Shown one piece after another: positions 9,009 through 18,099 of a stretch of DNA of 64,000 nt. A program made the translations under genes and the position numbers. The notes under the pieces are model-generated. The model saw only the letters and a program-made list of their open reading frames with translations, did no database searches and was not told the origin of the DNA. Positions within the stretch are counted from its first letter, which is position 1, and the number at the start of each line of letters is the position of its first letter. This DNA comes from a virus (taxonomy: Duplodnaviria > Caudoviricetes), in the IMG/VR virus record IMGVR_UViG_3300049136_000131, positions 5,323 to 69,322 of that record. One strand, 5' to 3'.

Positions 9009-9037
9009 TTGACTCGTCCCATCGAGACCTCTACGGT
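9009..9037 (+). promoter_or_regulatory. HrdB-type promoter TTGACT-N17-TACGGT for the transfer operon
   Basis: Consensus-like hexamers, 17-nt spacer, divergent from the repressor promoter. Confidence 0.65.
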
Positions 9038-9197
9038 CGTACCAGTCGCCCTTCAAGGCAGCATCTTGAAGGCGGCTACGTCGTCCACTCCTACCGGACC
9101 CAGTCCGCGGGCGGCACACAAATGAAGATCGGGCCGGACACCGCGACTCCTACATCGCAGGCCGGCCCTAACCACCAGGTTCTGTGAAGGAGACCCT

Positions 9198-9677
9198 GTG
9201 GCTACCACCGATCTTATCGGCACGCTCCAGCGTGCCGACCGCGAGGGCAACACCGCCCCGCTGCCGTCGGCCGCTGCTACGGCGCTGGCAGAGCTGATCC
9301 CGCATTTCCCGCTGGTGCAGGCCGTTGCCGAGTACGAGACGGCGGCCGTGCACGCCGCGCAGCTGGCTGGCCTCGCCGAGTCGGGCCGCATGTCGGATCT
9401 CGACGCGGACAGCCTGGCCACCGCCGAGGACCTGATGGCCGCCGCCCGCGCCACCCTGGCCGCCGCCGGCCGTCTCGACCTGATCGACGACCCGTCCCTG
9501 AAGGTCGCCCGCTACCGGGAGCTGTCGGCGACGATCGACCGGCTGTCGTCGCGGGAGTCGCACTACATGGCCCCGGACGACTGGAACGCCCTGCACAGCG
9601 CGCAGGAGGAGCGGGCCCGGCTGCACTTCGAGTTGAAGCGCGCCGGCCAGATGCACCTGATCGAGGCCGCGTCGTGA
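9198..9677 (+). CDS. hypothetical protein, first gene of the transfer-like operon
   Basis: AAGGAG RBS, GTG start. Confidence 0.7.
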   Translation: MATTDLIGTLQRADREGNTAPLPSAAATALAELIPHFPLVQAVAEYETAAVHAAQLAGLAESGRMSDLDADSLATAEDLMAAARATLAAAGRLDLIDDPSLKVARYRELSATIDRLSSRESHYMAPDDWNALHSAQEERARLHFELKRAGQMHLIEAAS

Positions 9678-9838
9678 GCGCCCGCGTGATCCTGGCCGAC
9701 TTCCCGGCTGGCGGCCCGCGTGGGTCGTGGCCGGCGGAGGAGAAGGCCGCCGAACTCACCGCGCAGGGCCAGCCCGCCACCGTCCGCATGGACCTCGACC
9801 GCGACCGGTTCGTGGTCGTCCCGGACGCCGAGTCGTGA
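9674..9838 (+). CDS. small hypothetical protein
   Basis: GTGA overlaps; VILADFPAGGPRGSWPAEEKAAELTAQG...RFVVV. Confidence 0.55.
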   Translation: MSARVILADFPAGGPRGSWPAEEKAAELTAQGQPATVRMDLDRDRFVVVPDAES

Positions 9839-9963
9839 GCCCCGCCGAGCAGGGCGCTGCGGCGAAAGCGCTGGCCTCGCAGACCCGACAGCACATGGAG
9901 GCCGCGAAGGCCGCCGCCGCTGCCGCTGAGGCCGCCCGCCGGGCCGCCGAACAGCAGCGCTAA
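9835..9963 (+). CDS. very small Ala-rich protein
   Basis: GTGA overlap, high GC3. Confidence 0.4.
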   Translation: MSPAEQGAAAKALASQTRQHMEAAKAAAAAAEAARRAAEQQR

Positions 9964-10060
9964 CCCCAAGCCGCCGCGGGTGGCGGTGTCCGCCCCCGTC
10001 CCGCCGCCCGCGGCTTCCCACCCCACTTCATCCCGGCATGACCAACCGAGGAGATCAGCC

Positions 10061-10291
10061 ATGCGTTTTTCCCGCCGCCAGTTGACCGAGCTTGCCGAGG
10101 ATCGCGAGAAGTCCGCGGCCCGCAGTGAACGCGCTGCCGCATCCGCCGAGCGTGACGCGGCCGCCGAGTCCCTCAGCCCGGCGACGCGTCGCCAGGCGGC
10201 CGCCCAAGCGCCGATCTCCCGGCGCTTCGCCCGCGAATGCCGAGAGGAAGCTTCCGCCTACCGCGCTGGCTACCAGCCCGACCAGATCTGA
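10061..10291 (+). CDS. hypothetical protein
   Basis: GAGGAG RBS. Confidence 0.55.
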   Translation: MRFSRRQLTELAEDREKSAARSERAAASAERDAAAESLSPATRRQAAAQAPISRRFARECREEASAYRAGYQPDQI

Positions 10292-10336
10292 CCCCACCCC
10301 TTTCCCGCCCCACCTGACCAGTGAGGAACCACCGCC

Positions 10337-10576
10337 ATGTCTCCGTACCTGTTCTCCGCCGACCTGGGCCGCACCGAGATCGGCCTGAAGGCCCGCACGA
10401 TCACCACGGTCGCCGAGGCGCTCGCGATGAGCATCACCGACTTGTTCGCCGAGTACGCCGACGCCCGCCAGGCCGCCGACCTGGCCCGCATGGAGTCGAT
10501 CCGCGACCACGCCACCCGGCTCGACGCCTCGCTGCTGGCCGAGCTGGACGGCTTCGACTACCCGGCCGCCGCCTAA
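10337..10576 (+). CDS. hypothetical protein
   Basis: GAGGA RBS, high GC3. Confidence 0.65.
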   Translation: MSPYLFSADLGRTEIGLKARTITTVAEALAMSITDLFAEYADARQAADLARMESIRDHATRLDASLLAELDGFDYPAAA

Positions 10577-10656
10577 CCCCCCGATACCGCCGCCGCGCGG
10601 TCGTCTACCCCCCGTCCCGCGCGGCGGCACCCAACCCAACCGAGAGGAGCCCGTCA

Positions 10657-10851
10657 GTGGGCCTGTTCAGCAAGGCGGCCGATTCCGCCGCCGCCAGCAT
10701 CGCCCGCGCCGGCCAGAAGATCGCCGGAGACAAGGGCGTCAACGCCGCCAACAAGGTCACCGGCCCGCTGCTCGGCCGCCGCTTCGAGCGCTGCTCCAAG
10801 GCGTGCGGGCACTGCAACGTGCCCTGCGTCAACGGCACCTGCAACCACTGA
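10657..10851 (+). CDS. small protein with Cys-rich C-terminus
   Basis: GAGGAG RBS; CSKACGHCNVPCVNGTC. Confidence 0.6.
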   Translation: MGLFSKAADSAAASIARAGQKIAGDKGVNAANKVTGPLLGRRFERCSKACGHCNVPCVNGTCNH

Positions 10852-10880
10852 TCATTCCGACACCCAACTGAGAGAAAGAC

Positions 10881-11066
10881 ATGTACACCGGATCAGCCGA
10901 CGAGTTGCGGGCGAAGACCGCCCGAAGCCAGGACATCGGCCGGAAGATCGCCGCCTTGCTCAACGAGGCGGAGCAGATCGCCCAGGGCTCGGTCGCCGCG
11001 CAGGTGCAAGGGCTCGGGTTCACCATCAGGCGCCGCGGCAGCGGCTTCACCGCCGACACGAGGTGA
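10881..11066 (+). CDS. hypothetical protein
   Basis: GAAAG RBS, coupled to next ORF. Confidence 0.6.
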   Translation: MYTGSADELRAKTARSQDIGRKIAALLNEAEQIAQGSVAAQVQGLGFTIRRRGSGFTADTR

Positions 11067-11245
11067 TCGGCTTGCCGACCTGGGAGTTCACCGCCACCTC
11101 GAGTACCGGGCAGCCCGTCAACCCGGTCACCAAGGCGCCGACCGACACGATCACCGTCTACAGCCAGGCCGATCTCGACCGGCGGATCGCCGCCGCGAAG
11201 ACGGACCCGCGGCAGATAGACGTCACCGTCCGCCGCATCAACTGA
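11063..11245 (+). CDS. hypothetical protein
   Basis: GTGA overlap, GAGG RBS. Confidence 0.6.
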   Translation: MIGLPTWEFTATSSTGQPVNPVTKAPTDTITVYSQADLDRRIAAAKTDPRQIDVTVRRIN

Positions 11246-11276
11246 CCAGTCCGCACCTGAAGGGATTTGATCCGCC

Positions 11277-12662
11277 ATGACTGCCAGCCCGCCGAAGGTG
11301 AACGGCCAGGCTCGGCCGCCCGCCCCGCCCGTGCTGGGGGACTGGCAGCCCATAGAGGCCACCCCCACCCAGGCCGACACCCCCACCGACACCCAGCCTG
11401 CCGAGACCCAGGCCGACAGCGACCTCGTCGCCCAGGCCAAGGCCGAAGCGATCCGTGCCCAGGCGTGGGCCGACTCCGAGAAGCAGCGCATCGCCGCCGA
11501 GGCGAAGAAGGAAGCCGAGCTGAAGCTGGCCGAGGCTGAGGCCGAAGCCATCCGTATCAAGGCGGAGGAAGACGCCCGTAAGCTGCGGCTCGCCAACGAC
11601 CGCGCCGAGCGCAAGGCCCGCGAGGAGGAGGCCGCCTCCAGCGCGCGGATCGCCGAGCACAACCGGCGCCGCGAGGAAGCCGACCGCGCCCGCGAGGCAG
11701 CGGCGCGGCAGGCCAAGGAACAGCAGCAGGCCGAGACCGCAAACGCCGAGGCCGTCGAGAAGTCCAGCAAGCGGTGGCGGAACGTGGCCCTGGGCTTCTA
11801 CGCCCTGTGCGCCGCCGTCGCCCTGCCCGTACAGATGGCAGCCTTCTACGACCCGAACGCTGAGTACCTGCTCGTCGCCCCGGTGTTCATCGAGGTGATC
11901 GCGCTCGTCGCCCTTGTCGGTGCCGCCGCGGCGGTCACGGACGGGCGCCCGCAGTGGCACTACCGGCTCGTCGCCTGGGTCGGCGCCCTGACCGCCGCGA
12001 CCATCAACATCGTTCACGGCCTTGACGCGTTCGACCCGGCGACCGCGTTCGGCACCGCCCTCGCATCGATCGCCGGCCCTGGCATGTGGGACCTCCACGA
12101 GCACGGCCGCATCCGGAAGCGCGACGGCAAGCCGACGTGGCGCGAGCGGTGGGCCGCGAAGAAGGCGGCCGAGGCGGAAGCCAAGCAGAAGGCTGTCGAA
12201 GAGTCGCGGCGTGCTGCCGAGAAGGCCGCCGCGGAGAAGGCCGCCGCAGAGGCTGCGGAGCAGCTTGCCAATGCTCGCGCCGAAGAGTTCCCGGACGTGT
12301 GGGACGAGGCCGAGAAGATCGCTGCGGCGGTCGGTGAAGTCACCGTCACCGAGGCCGTGTGGAAGCGCGCTTACCGCAACATCAAGGGTTGCGAGCCGGG
12401 CGAATCCATCGAGTCCATCACCGCCCGCCGCAAGGCCGAAGCGCGCGTCGAATCAGCCCTCAACGGCACCCCCGTCAACACGGTCAGCAAGACCACGAAC
12501 GCGCAGCGTGCGATCCAAATGAACAACTCCCCGCGCCGGTCCGCCTACAAGCCCGTTCCGCCGCGCCGAACGCCTGGCGACACAGCCCCGTATCACCCCC
12601 TCGCTCGCCGTGCGAACGGGGAAACGAAGCGCCGCCTGAACGCCGCCAAGAACGCCCGCTAA
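11277..12662 (+). CDS. SpdB2/DUF2637-like plasmid spread membrane protein
   Basis: Long Ala/Glu coiled coil, four hydrophobic segments ending GPGMWDLHEHG, basic C-terminus; upstream of FtsK-like gene. Confidence 0.65.
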   Translation: MTASPPKVNGQARPPAPPVLGDWQPIEATPTQADTPTDTQPAETQADSDLVAQAKAEAIRAQAWADSEKQRIAAEAKKEAELKLAEAEAEAIRIKAEEDARKLRLANDRAERKAREEEAASSARIAEHNRRREEADRAREAAARQAKEQQQAETANAEAVEKSSKRWRNVALGFYALCAAVALPVQMAAFYDPNAEYLLVAPVFIEVIALVALVGAAAAVTDGRPQWHYRLVAWVGALTAATINIVHGLDAFDPATAFGTALASIAGPGMWDLHEHGRIRKRDGKPTWRERWAAKKAAEAEAKQKAVEESRRAAEKAAAEKAAAEAAEQLANARAEEFPDVWDEAEKIAAAVGEVTVTEAVWKRAYRNIKGCEPGESIESITARRKAEARVESALNGTPVNTVSKTTNAQRAIQMNNSPRRSAYKPVPPRRTPGDTAPYHPLARRANGETKRRLNAAKNAR

Positions 12663-12686
12663 CCCATCCCCTGGAGTGATCAGACT

Positions 12687-13148
12687 ATGAACGCCACCCT
12701 TCGCCGTCTCGCCGTGTCGTCCGCCGCTGCTGTCGCGCTCGTCGGAAGCGCCGCCACCGTCACCACCGCCGAGGCCGCCGAGCACGAGGCGACCGTCGTC
12801 GCCATCGCCCGCACCGACACCCAGCCCAGCCTCACCAACGGCCTCACCCCCGACAGCGCCGGCAGCGGCGCCCAGCTGCAGAGCCCCGTCACCCAGATCC
12901 CGGCAGGCACCCAGCAGCAGATCCAGACCCAGGCGTCCGGCGGGGCGATCGGTGCTGGCGTGGTCGCCATCCTCGTCCTCGGGATCATCGTGTTCGTCCG
13001 CGTGAAGCACCGCGACATCAAGCCCGGCGACGCGGTTTTGGTCGGCCTGTTCGGCATCGCCCTGTCCGGCACGGTCGTCGGCGCCATGGGCGACCAGCTC
13101 ACCGACTCCGTCGTCAGCTCCCTCGGCAACGTCCTCAGCGGCCTGTAA
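12687..13148 (+). CDS. Spd-like membrane protein with signal peptide
   Basis: N-terminal signal sequence plus two C-terminal TM helices; adjacent to TraB-like gene. Confidence 0.6.
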   Translation: MNATLRRLAVSSAAAVALVGSAATVTTAEAAEHEATVVAIARTDTQPSLTNGLTPDSAGSGAQLQSPVTQIPAGTQQQIQTQASGGAIGAGVVAILVLGIIVFVRVKHRDIKPGDAVLVGLFGIALSGTVVGAMGDQLTDSVVSSLGNVLSGL

Positions 13149-13208
13149 CCCCACGACCCCCGCGGGGCCCCACCAGGGCCCCGCCCCTCATCTGGAAGGA
13201 CATGGCCA

Positions 13209-15467
13209 GTGGCCACCGAGACCGAGCCCATCGAGCAGCAACCCGCCGAGGCGACAGCCGTCGAGGCCGCTGAGCCCAGCCGTGGCGACCGCGCCAAGGC
13301 CGCCTTCAAAGAACAGCGCAACCACATGACCGCCCGTACCCGCGACTGGCTGGGCGGCGGCGACATCGACCAGGTCACCGCCATCCAGATCGCCACCGAG
13401 AAGAAGACGCGCAAACACACCGAGCGCCTCGCCCACCAGCAGCGCATCGTCGCCGAAGCCCACGGCCGACTCTCCCACGCCAAGGCACGGTCCGAAGCCG
13501 GCGAACCCATCAACGCCGGAACGCTCGCCACCCTCGCAGGCCGCGTCGCCGCCGAAGAGTCCCGGCTTGCCGAACTACAGGCACAGCCCGTCCTGCCCCC
13601 GACCGACCGTGAGATCAACGCCGCCCGCACCAGCAAGAAGGCCGGGCGCGCCGCGATCCTCGCAGGCGGCGGCTTCGCCTCCCTGCCCGTCCTCGGCACC
13701 GCCATAGAGCAGGCCGCCACCGGGCAGCCCATGCTCCTCGCCGCCCTCGGCACCGCCGCCGGCTACGGCTGGTACCTGATCTCGCGCCCCTTCACGGCCC
13801 GCAGCGCCCAGGGGGTGGAAGTCCCTTTCGTGACCACCCCGACCGGCAACCTGCCCGCCACGTTCCAGGCGGACCCGGCCGGGGGCACAGTGGTGATGCC
13901 CGGAACGAGCGGCGTCGTCATGTCCGTCGAGCAGCTGCCCGAAGGCGCCAAGCCGTACCCCATCCGGAACGCGCGCACGCCTGACCAGCTCGCCGAATGC
14001 GTGCTGCTCGCGGCCCACGCCGAGAACGTGCCGATCGTCGAGGTGTCGGACGTGCAGCGGCAGCCGTGGGGCTGGCAGTGCACCGTCCGTGTCGGTGAAG
14101 GTACCCCCGAAGCGATCATCGAGAAGAGTGGCGACCTGGAGACCAGGTTCGACCTGCCCACCAACGGCGTCAGGCCGCAGCCCCTCAAGGCTCGCCGCGC
14201 CTGCGCCATCCTGCGCCTCGTCGACGGCAACCCGTTCGCCACCGCCCCTGGCCTGCCTTACCGGGCCCCGAAGTCGATGTCGATCACCGACCGGTTCCGC
14301 ATCGGAACCAGCGTCGGCGGTGACCCGCTTGAACTGTCCCTGGCCGGTGTCATGGGCCTGTGGGTCGCGGCCTCGGGTGGCGGCAAGACCGGCATCCTCC
14401 AGGCGCTCGCCGAGGGCACCACCGCCTGCCGGGACAACATCACCATCGACCTCGACCCGCACGGGGATGGCCTCGAAGACTTGGGGGACTGCGTGCGGAT
14501 AACCGCTCGCACCAACGAGCAGATCGAAGCCGTCCTGCTGTTCTTCCTGGTCATGTCGAAGGCGCGCGCTCGGCTGAGGCAGAAGCTCGGCATGGGCAAG
14601 AAGTGGAAGGCCAGCGCCTCCCACCCTGCGGTCACGATCTTCTTCGACGAGTTCCCGAAGGCCACCGAACTCGCAAAGAAGCTGGCGTTCGACCTGCTGC
14701 TCGTCGGTCGCAAGGAGCTCATCGAGGTCGAGATTGCCTCCCAGGGAGGACAGAAGGGCTACCTGGGGGAGAACTTCGCGCAGATGGTCGCCCTCAAGGC
14801 TGTCGGCCCGTGCAAGGTCGGCGACACCCGCGCCGTGTTCGGCGACGGCGCCGTCAAGGAGGGTTACCTGCCGCACAAGCTGTCCCCGGCCACCGCCACC
14901 GACCCCAAGGACGCCGGCCACATCTACATCCAGGGTGTGCCTGGCATGGCCGACGAGCCGATCGAGTACGCCATCCACGAAACCCCGTCCGCGGTCCTGC
15001 GGCAGCTCGCCGAGGAACGCCTGGCTGCTGGCCTGCTCGACCCGGATCAGGACAGTCTCGACGCGATGAAGGGCGTGGACCTGCCCGAGTACGTCGAGCC
15101 GGTCTGGGACAGCGAAGGAAACCTCAAGAAGTCGGCGCCGGTGTCGCTCCTGACCTGGGAGCAGCTGCTGCGGCTGTGCGGTGCCGAGCCGCCTGCGGGA
15201 TCGGACCTCACGGACGGCCCTGCGCGGGCCGCGGTCGAGGATTCGGTTGCCGTCATGGAGAAGGCGGGCGTCGACCGCATGAAGACGGAGACGCTGCTCC
15301 TAGCGCTCCGCGAGTACGACCCGGACGCCTACGGCGAGATGTACGCCGATGAGCTGAAGGCCCTCCTGAAGGAGGCAGGTGCCGGGTCGCCGATCACGCT
15401 TGGTCCGATCGGTGAAGAGAAGAACCCGCGCGGGTTCAAGCGCGATCGGCTGCGCCATCTTCTGTGA
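13209..15467 (+). CDS. traB: FtsK/SpoIIIE-type conjugative DNA translocase (TraB/TraSA-like)
   Basis: 752 aa; TM pair, Walker A AASGGGKT, DLDPHG, Walker B IFFDE, C-terminal helical domain. Confidence 0.75.
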   Translation: MATETEPIEQQPAEATAVEAAEPSRGDRAKAAFKEQRNHMTARTRDWLGGGDIDQVTAIQIATEKKTRKHTERLAHQQRIVAEAHGRLSHAKARSEAGEPINAGTLATLAGRVAAEESRLAELQAQPVLPPTDREINAARTSKKAGRAAILAGGGFASLPVLGTAIEQAATGQPMLLAALGTAAGYGWYLISRPFTARSAQGVEVPFVTTPTGNLPATFQADPAGGTVVMPGTSGVVMSVEQLPEGAKPYPIRNARTPDQLAECVLLAAHAENVPIVEVSDVQRQPWGWQCTVRVGEGTPEAIIEKSGDLETRFDLPTNGVRPQPLKARRACAILRLVDGNPFATAPGLPYRAPKSMSITDRFRIGTSVGGDPLELSLAGVMGLWVAASGGGKTGILQALAEGTTACRDNITIDLDPHGDGLEDLGDCVRITARTNEQIEAVLLFFLVMSKARARLRQKLGMGKKWKASASHPAVTIFFDEFPKATELAKKLAFDLLLVGRKELIEVEIASQGGQKGYLGENFAQMVALKAVGPCKVGDTRAVFGDGAVKEGYLPHKLSPATATDPKDAGHIYIQGVPGMADEPIEYAIHETPSAVLRQLAEERLAAGLLDPDQDSLDAMKGVDLPEYVEPVWDSEGNLKKSAPVSLLTWEQLLRLCGAEPPAGSDLTDGPARAAVEDSVAVMEKAGVDRMKTETLLLALREYDPDAYGEMYADELKALLKEAGAGSPITLGPIGEEKNPRGFKRDRLRHLL

Positions 15468-15489
15468 CCGTTATGCGTGTAATGCCTAG

Positions 15490-15627
15490 CTGATCGGTAG
15501 CTGATCGGAGTCGATTCCTGAACAAACCTGCAGGTCACGGCCGCTCGGTCGGCTGATCTCAACCTGATCGGAGTCTGCTTCGAGCGGACGGCGATCAGAC
15601 CATGGAGCGCGCCTGACCTGCAGGTTT
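15490..15627. repeat. candidate clt (cis-acting locus of transfer)
   Basis: CTGATCGG at 15490, 15501, 15564; variants at 15553 and inverted at 15591; inverted repeat CAAACCTGCAGGTCA/TGACCTGCAGGTTTG; directly downstream of traB. Confidence 0.55.
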
Positions 15628-15690
15628 GCCAGCCGAGCGCTGCCGATCGCCAAGAACAAACCATCACATACCCGGAAACGGAGACCTCTC

Positions 15691-16092
15691 ATGCCCAAGA
15701 CCTGGAAGCCTGGCGATGCCAAGCGATTCGCCCGCGATGTCCGCCTCGGCACCCCGTACTACTTCGTGTACGACGTCGCCCGGAATGCCGCGCCTTACGA
15801 GGACGCCCGCCTGTACAGCGAGATCGTTTTCGACCGGCATGCCCCGCTCACCGGCACGCCCATGGCGGGCAGCATGTCCGCCGTCCGCCTCTGCCAGACC
15901 TACGGCCCCATCTACGACCAGCCGCCCGCCGGCATGCGCAACGTCGCCGGTCCCGGCCCGCAGGTCGGTGCGCCGCTCGGCGACAACTACGAGGCCGTCC
16001 TCGACGAGGCCGAACTCCGCGGCCTGGAGAAGCACGTCGCGAACGGCAGTGACCCCGCCAAGCGCCGCCCGCTCAACAGCCGACGGCCGTAG
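15691..16092 (+). CDS. hypothetical protein of transfer region
   Basis: GGAG RBS, high GC3. Confidence 0.7.
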   Translation: MPKTWKPGDAKRFARDVRLGTPYYFVYDVARNAAPYEDARLYSEIVFDRHAPLTGTPMAGSMSAVRLCQTYGPIYDQPPAGMRNVAGPGPQVGAPLGDNYEAVLDEAELRGLEKHVANGSDPAKRRPLNSRRP

Positions 16093-16183
16093 CTGAGCCG
16101 GGGCGCCCCTCGAATGCCTGCCAGCGACCCAGGGGCGCCCCTTCCCTCCAGCCCGATCAAGACCAGACGTGGAGACCCTCATC

Positions 16184-16369
16184 ATGCCCCAGCCCATGAC
16201 TGACCAGGAGTGGGAGGCCCAGAACGGCAACCTCTCACCCGACGAAGCCAGAGCCCGCGGACTGTGCTGGTGCTGCCAAGGCCGCACCGTCCTGTACACC
16301 GCGTTCGGCGGCGTCCAGCGCAAGGTGCCCTGCCCGGAGCACTGCGACAACGGCAAGGCCCGCCGATGA
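16184..16369 (+). CDS. small zinc-finger protein
   Basis: CWCC...CPEHC; ATGA overlap with next gene. Confidence 0.6.
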   Translation: MPQPMTDQEWEAQNGNLSPDEARARGLCWCCQGRTVLYTAFGGVQRKVPCPEHCDNGKARR

Positions 16370-16869
16370 CCACCCTCGTCACGGCTCCGCCCGCCGCAGA
16401 CCTCGACTTCGACACCCGCCTCGTCCTGCGAGCCGCCGAGATGACCGTGCGGCTCGACCAGGCCGCGGTCGCCTTCGCGATCAACACGGCCCACCTTCCC
16501 GGCTCCGACCCGAGACCCCTCGTCGTCGAGCCAGCAACCCTGCAGCTCACGCCCACCCTGGCGCCCTGCCCGTACAACACGACCGCAGGCCTGCTGCACC
16601 GAGCCCGTGCCCGGATCGAGACGGACGGCTGGTGCCGTGACGCCCTGTTCGACGAGTCCGGTGCCATCTGCCCCATCCGTGCGATCCGTCTCGAAGCCGC
16701 CACACGGGACCAGGCCGACGACGCGTGCGTGCTGCTCCTCGAAGCGATCCAGCGCGACTTCCGCGACGCCGAAACCATCCCGTCATGGAACGCCGCGCAG
16801 ACCAGCCCAGCCCCGGTCCTCCTCGCCTTCGACAGGGCCGCCACTCTCGCCCACAACCGCGATCAGTAA
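16366..16869 (+). CDS. DUF6197-like protein
   Basis: GWCRDALFDESGAICPIRAIR...IPSWN motif. Confidence 0.6.
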   Translation: MTTLVTAPPAADLDFDTRLVLRAAEMTVRLDQAAVAFAINTAHLPGSDPRPLVVEPATLQLTPTLAPCPYNTTAGLLHRARARIETDGWCRDALFDESGAICPIRAIRLEAATRDQADDACVLLLEAIQRDFRDAETIPSWNAAQTSPAPVLLAFDRAATLAHNRDQ

Positions 16870-16879
16870 GGAGCCTGCC

Positions 16880-17182
16880 TTGGGCATCAGCATCAGCCAC
16901 GGAGTGCCGTCCACCCGCTCCGCTCTCACCATCGAGAACCTTGGCAAGCACCTGGCCCACGCGCTCACCAGCTCGGAATGGCGCGAGCTCGCCTATCTCT
17001 TCGATGGCCACCTCCACACCCCCGTGTACACGCCGCCTGCCGAAGCGGGACGTATCGGCGACCTTCTCGCCAAGGCCGCCACCAGCCGGCGCATGGACTC
17101 AGACTGGGGGCAGCTCGCCAACTTCCTCGCCAGTTCAGCGCGCCGCGCAGCGAACGCAGGCGAACAGTGGGAATGGACCTGA
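16880..17182 (+). CDS. hypothetical protein
   Basis: AAGGAG RBS, TTG start; ends AANAGEQWEWT. Confidence 0.6.
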   Translation: MGISISHGVPSTRSALTIENLGKHLAHALTSSEWRELAYLFDGHLHTPVYTPPAEAGRIGDLLAKAATSRRMDSDWGQLANFLASSARRAANAGEQWEWT

Positions 17183-17203
17183 CGCCCGGCCAAACCCGCC
17201 AAC

Positions 17204-17239
17204 ACAGGGCCCCGACCGTCCCATCGGTCGGGGCCCTGT
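17204..17239. terminator. hairpin with perfect 15-bp arms
   Basis: ACAGGGCCCCGACCG-N6-CGGTCGGGGCCCTGT. Confidence 0.7.
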
Positions 17240-17332
17240 CGCCGTCACGAATCGATGAATCTGCAACGAGGCCGGACTTCCTTAACATCATCCGGCGATA
17301 GCCTGACGAGCCATCACATCCCTGGGGGGACC

Positions 17333-17848
17333 ATGACAGACAACACTCCGGACCAGCCCGACACCCCACCGCCGCCCGCCGAACCGCCCACCGTGCCCGC
17401 GGCCGAACCCGCGAAGAGACGCCTCACCCTGCTCGCGGCCGGACTCATCGGCCTGCTGGTCGGAGCCGGCGCCGTCGGCGGCGTCTGGGCGACCACCGCC
17501 AGCAGCGGGCCCGACAAGCCCGAGACGTTCACCCTCGAAGGCGCCTTCACCCTCACCGAGGACACCGTGACCACGGGCGACGACGACTGCTCGGCCAGCT
17601 ACGACAGCGGCTACGACGACATCGCCGAAGGAGCCTCCGTCACCGTGTACGGCGCATCCGGCGACGTCATCGCCACCGGAGAACTCGGCGACAGCAAGAT
17701 GGTCTCCTACAACTGCCGCTTCAAGATCGCCGTCCCGGACGTACCCAAGGGCGAGAAGTTCTACAAGGTGGAAGTCTCACACCGCGGCACAATCCAACTC
17801 TCGGCGAAGGAAGCGGAGAACGGGGAACTCGCCGCCAGCCTCGGCTAG
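17333..17848 (+). CDS. membrane-anchored extracytoplasmic protein (moron)
   Basis: Pro-rich N-terminus, one TM helix, beta-rich domain with two Cys. Confidence 0.75.
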   Translation: MTDNTPDQPDTPPPPAEPPTVPAAEPAKRRLTLLAAGLIGLLVGAGAVGGVWATTASSGPDKPETFTLEGAFTLTEDTVTTGDDDCSASYDSGYDDIAEGASVTVYGASGDVIATGELGDSKMVSYNCRFKIAVPDVPKGEKFYKVEVSHRGTIQLSAKEAENGELAASLG

Positions 17849-18042
17849 CCGGATGTGACAGGGCCCCGACCGCTGCTTGCGGTCGGGGCCTTCGTCATGC
17901 GCGGTACGGCGCGTGCCATCCACCGCTGGTCGGTCAGCTGCCGGGGCGGCATCGCCGGCTGCAACCCGGCCGCGACGAGAAGCCGCAGGCCTTCTGCTGT
18001 CTCCGACTCGCTGTCGCCCTGCACCGTGAAACGAAGCGCCAT
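17845..18042 (-). CDS. small hypothetical protein
   Basis: MALRFTVQGDSESETAEGLRLL; runs through the hairpin. Confidence 0.4.
   Translation of the reverse strand: MALRFTVQGDSESETAEGLRLLVAAGLQPAMPPRQLTDQRWMARAVPRMTKAPTASSGRGPVTSG
17858..17890. terminator. hairpin sharing its 15-nt left arm with the 17204 hairpin
   Basis: ACAGGGCCCCGACCGC-TGCTT-GCGGTCGGGGCC. Confidence 0.7.
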
Positions 18043-18099
18043 AGCGGCAGTCTGCCCGGACCCCGGGGGAGCAGGGGCGGGAATCGGGGGATCTGCCGG

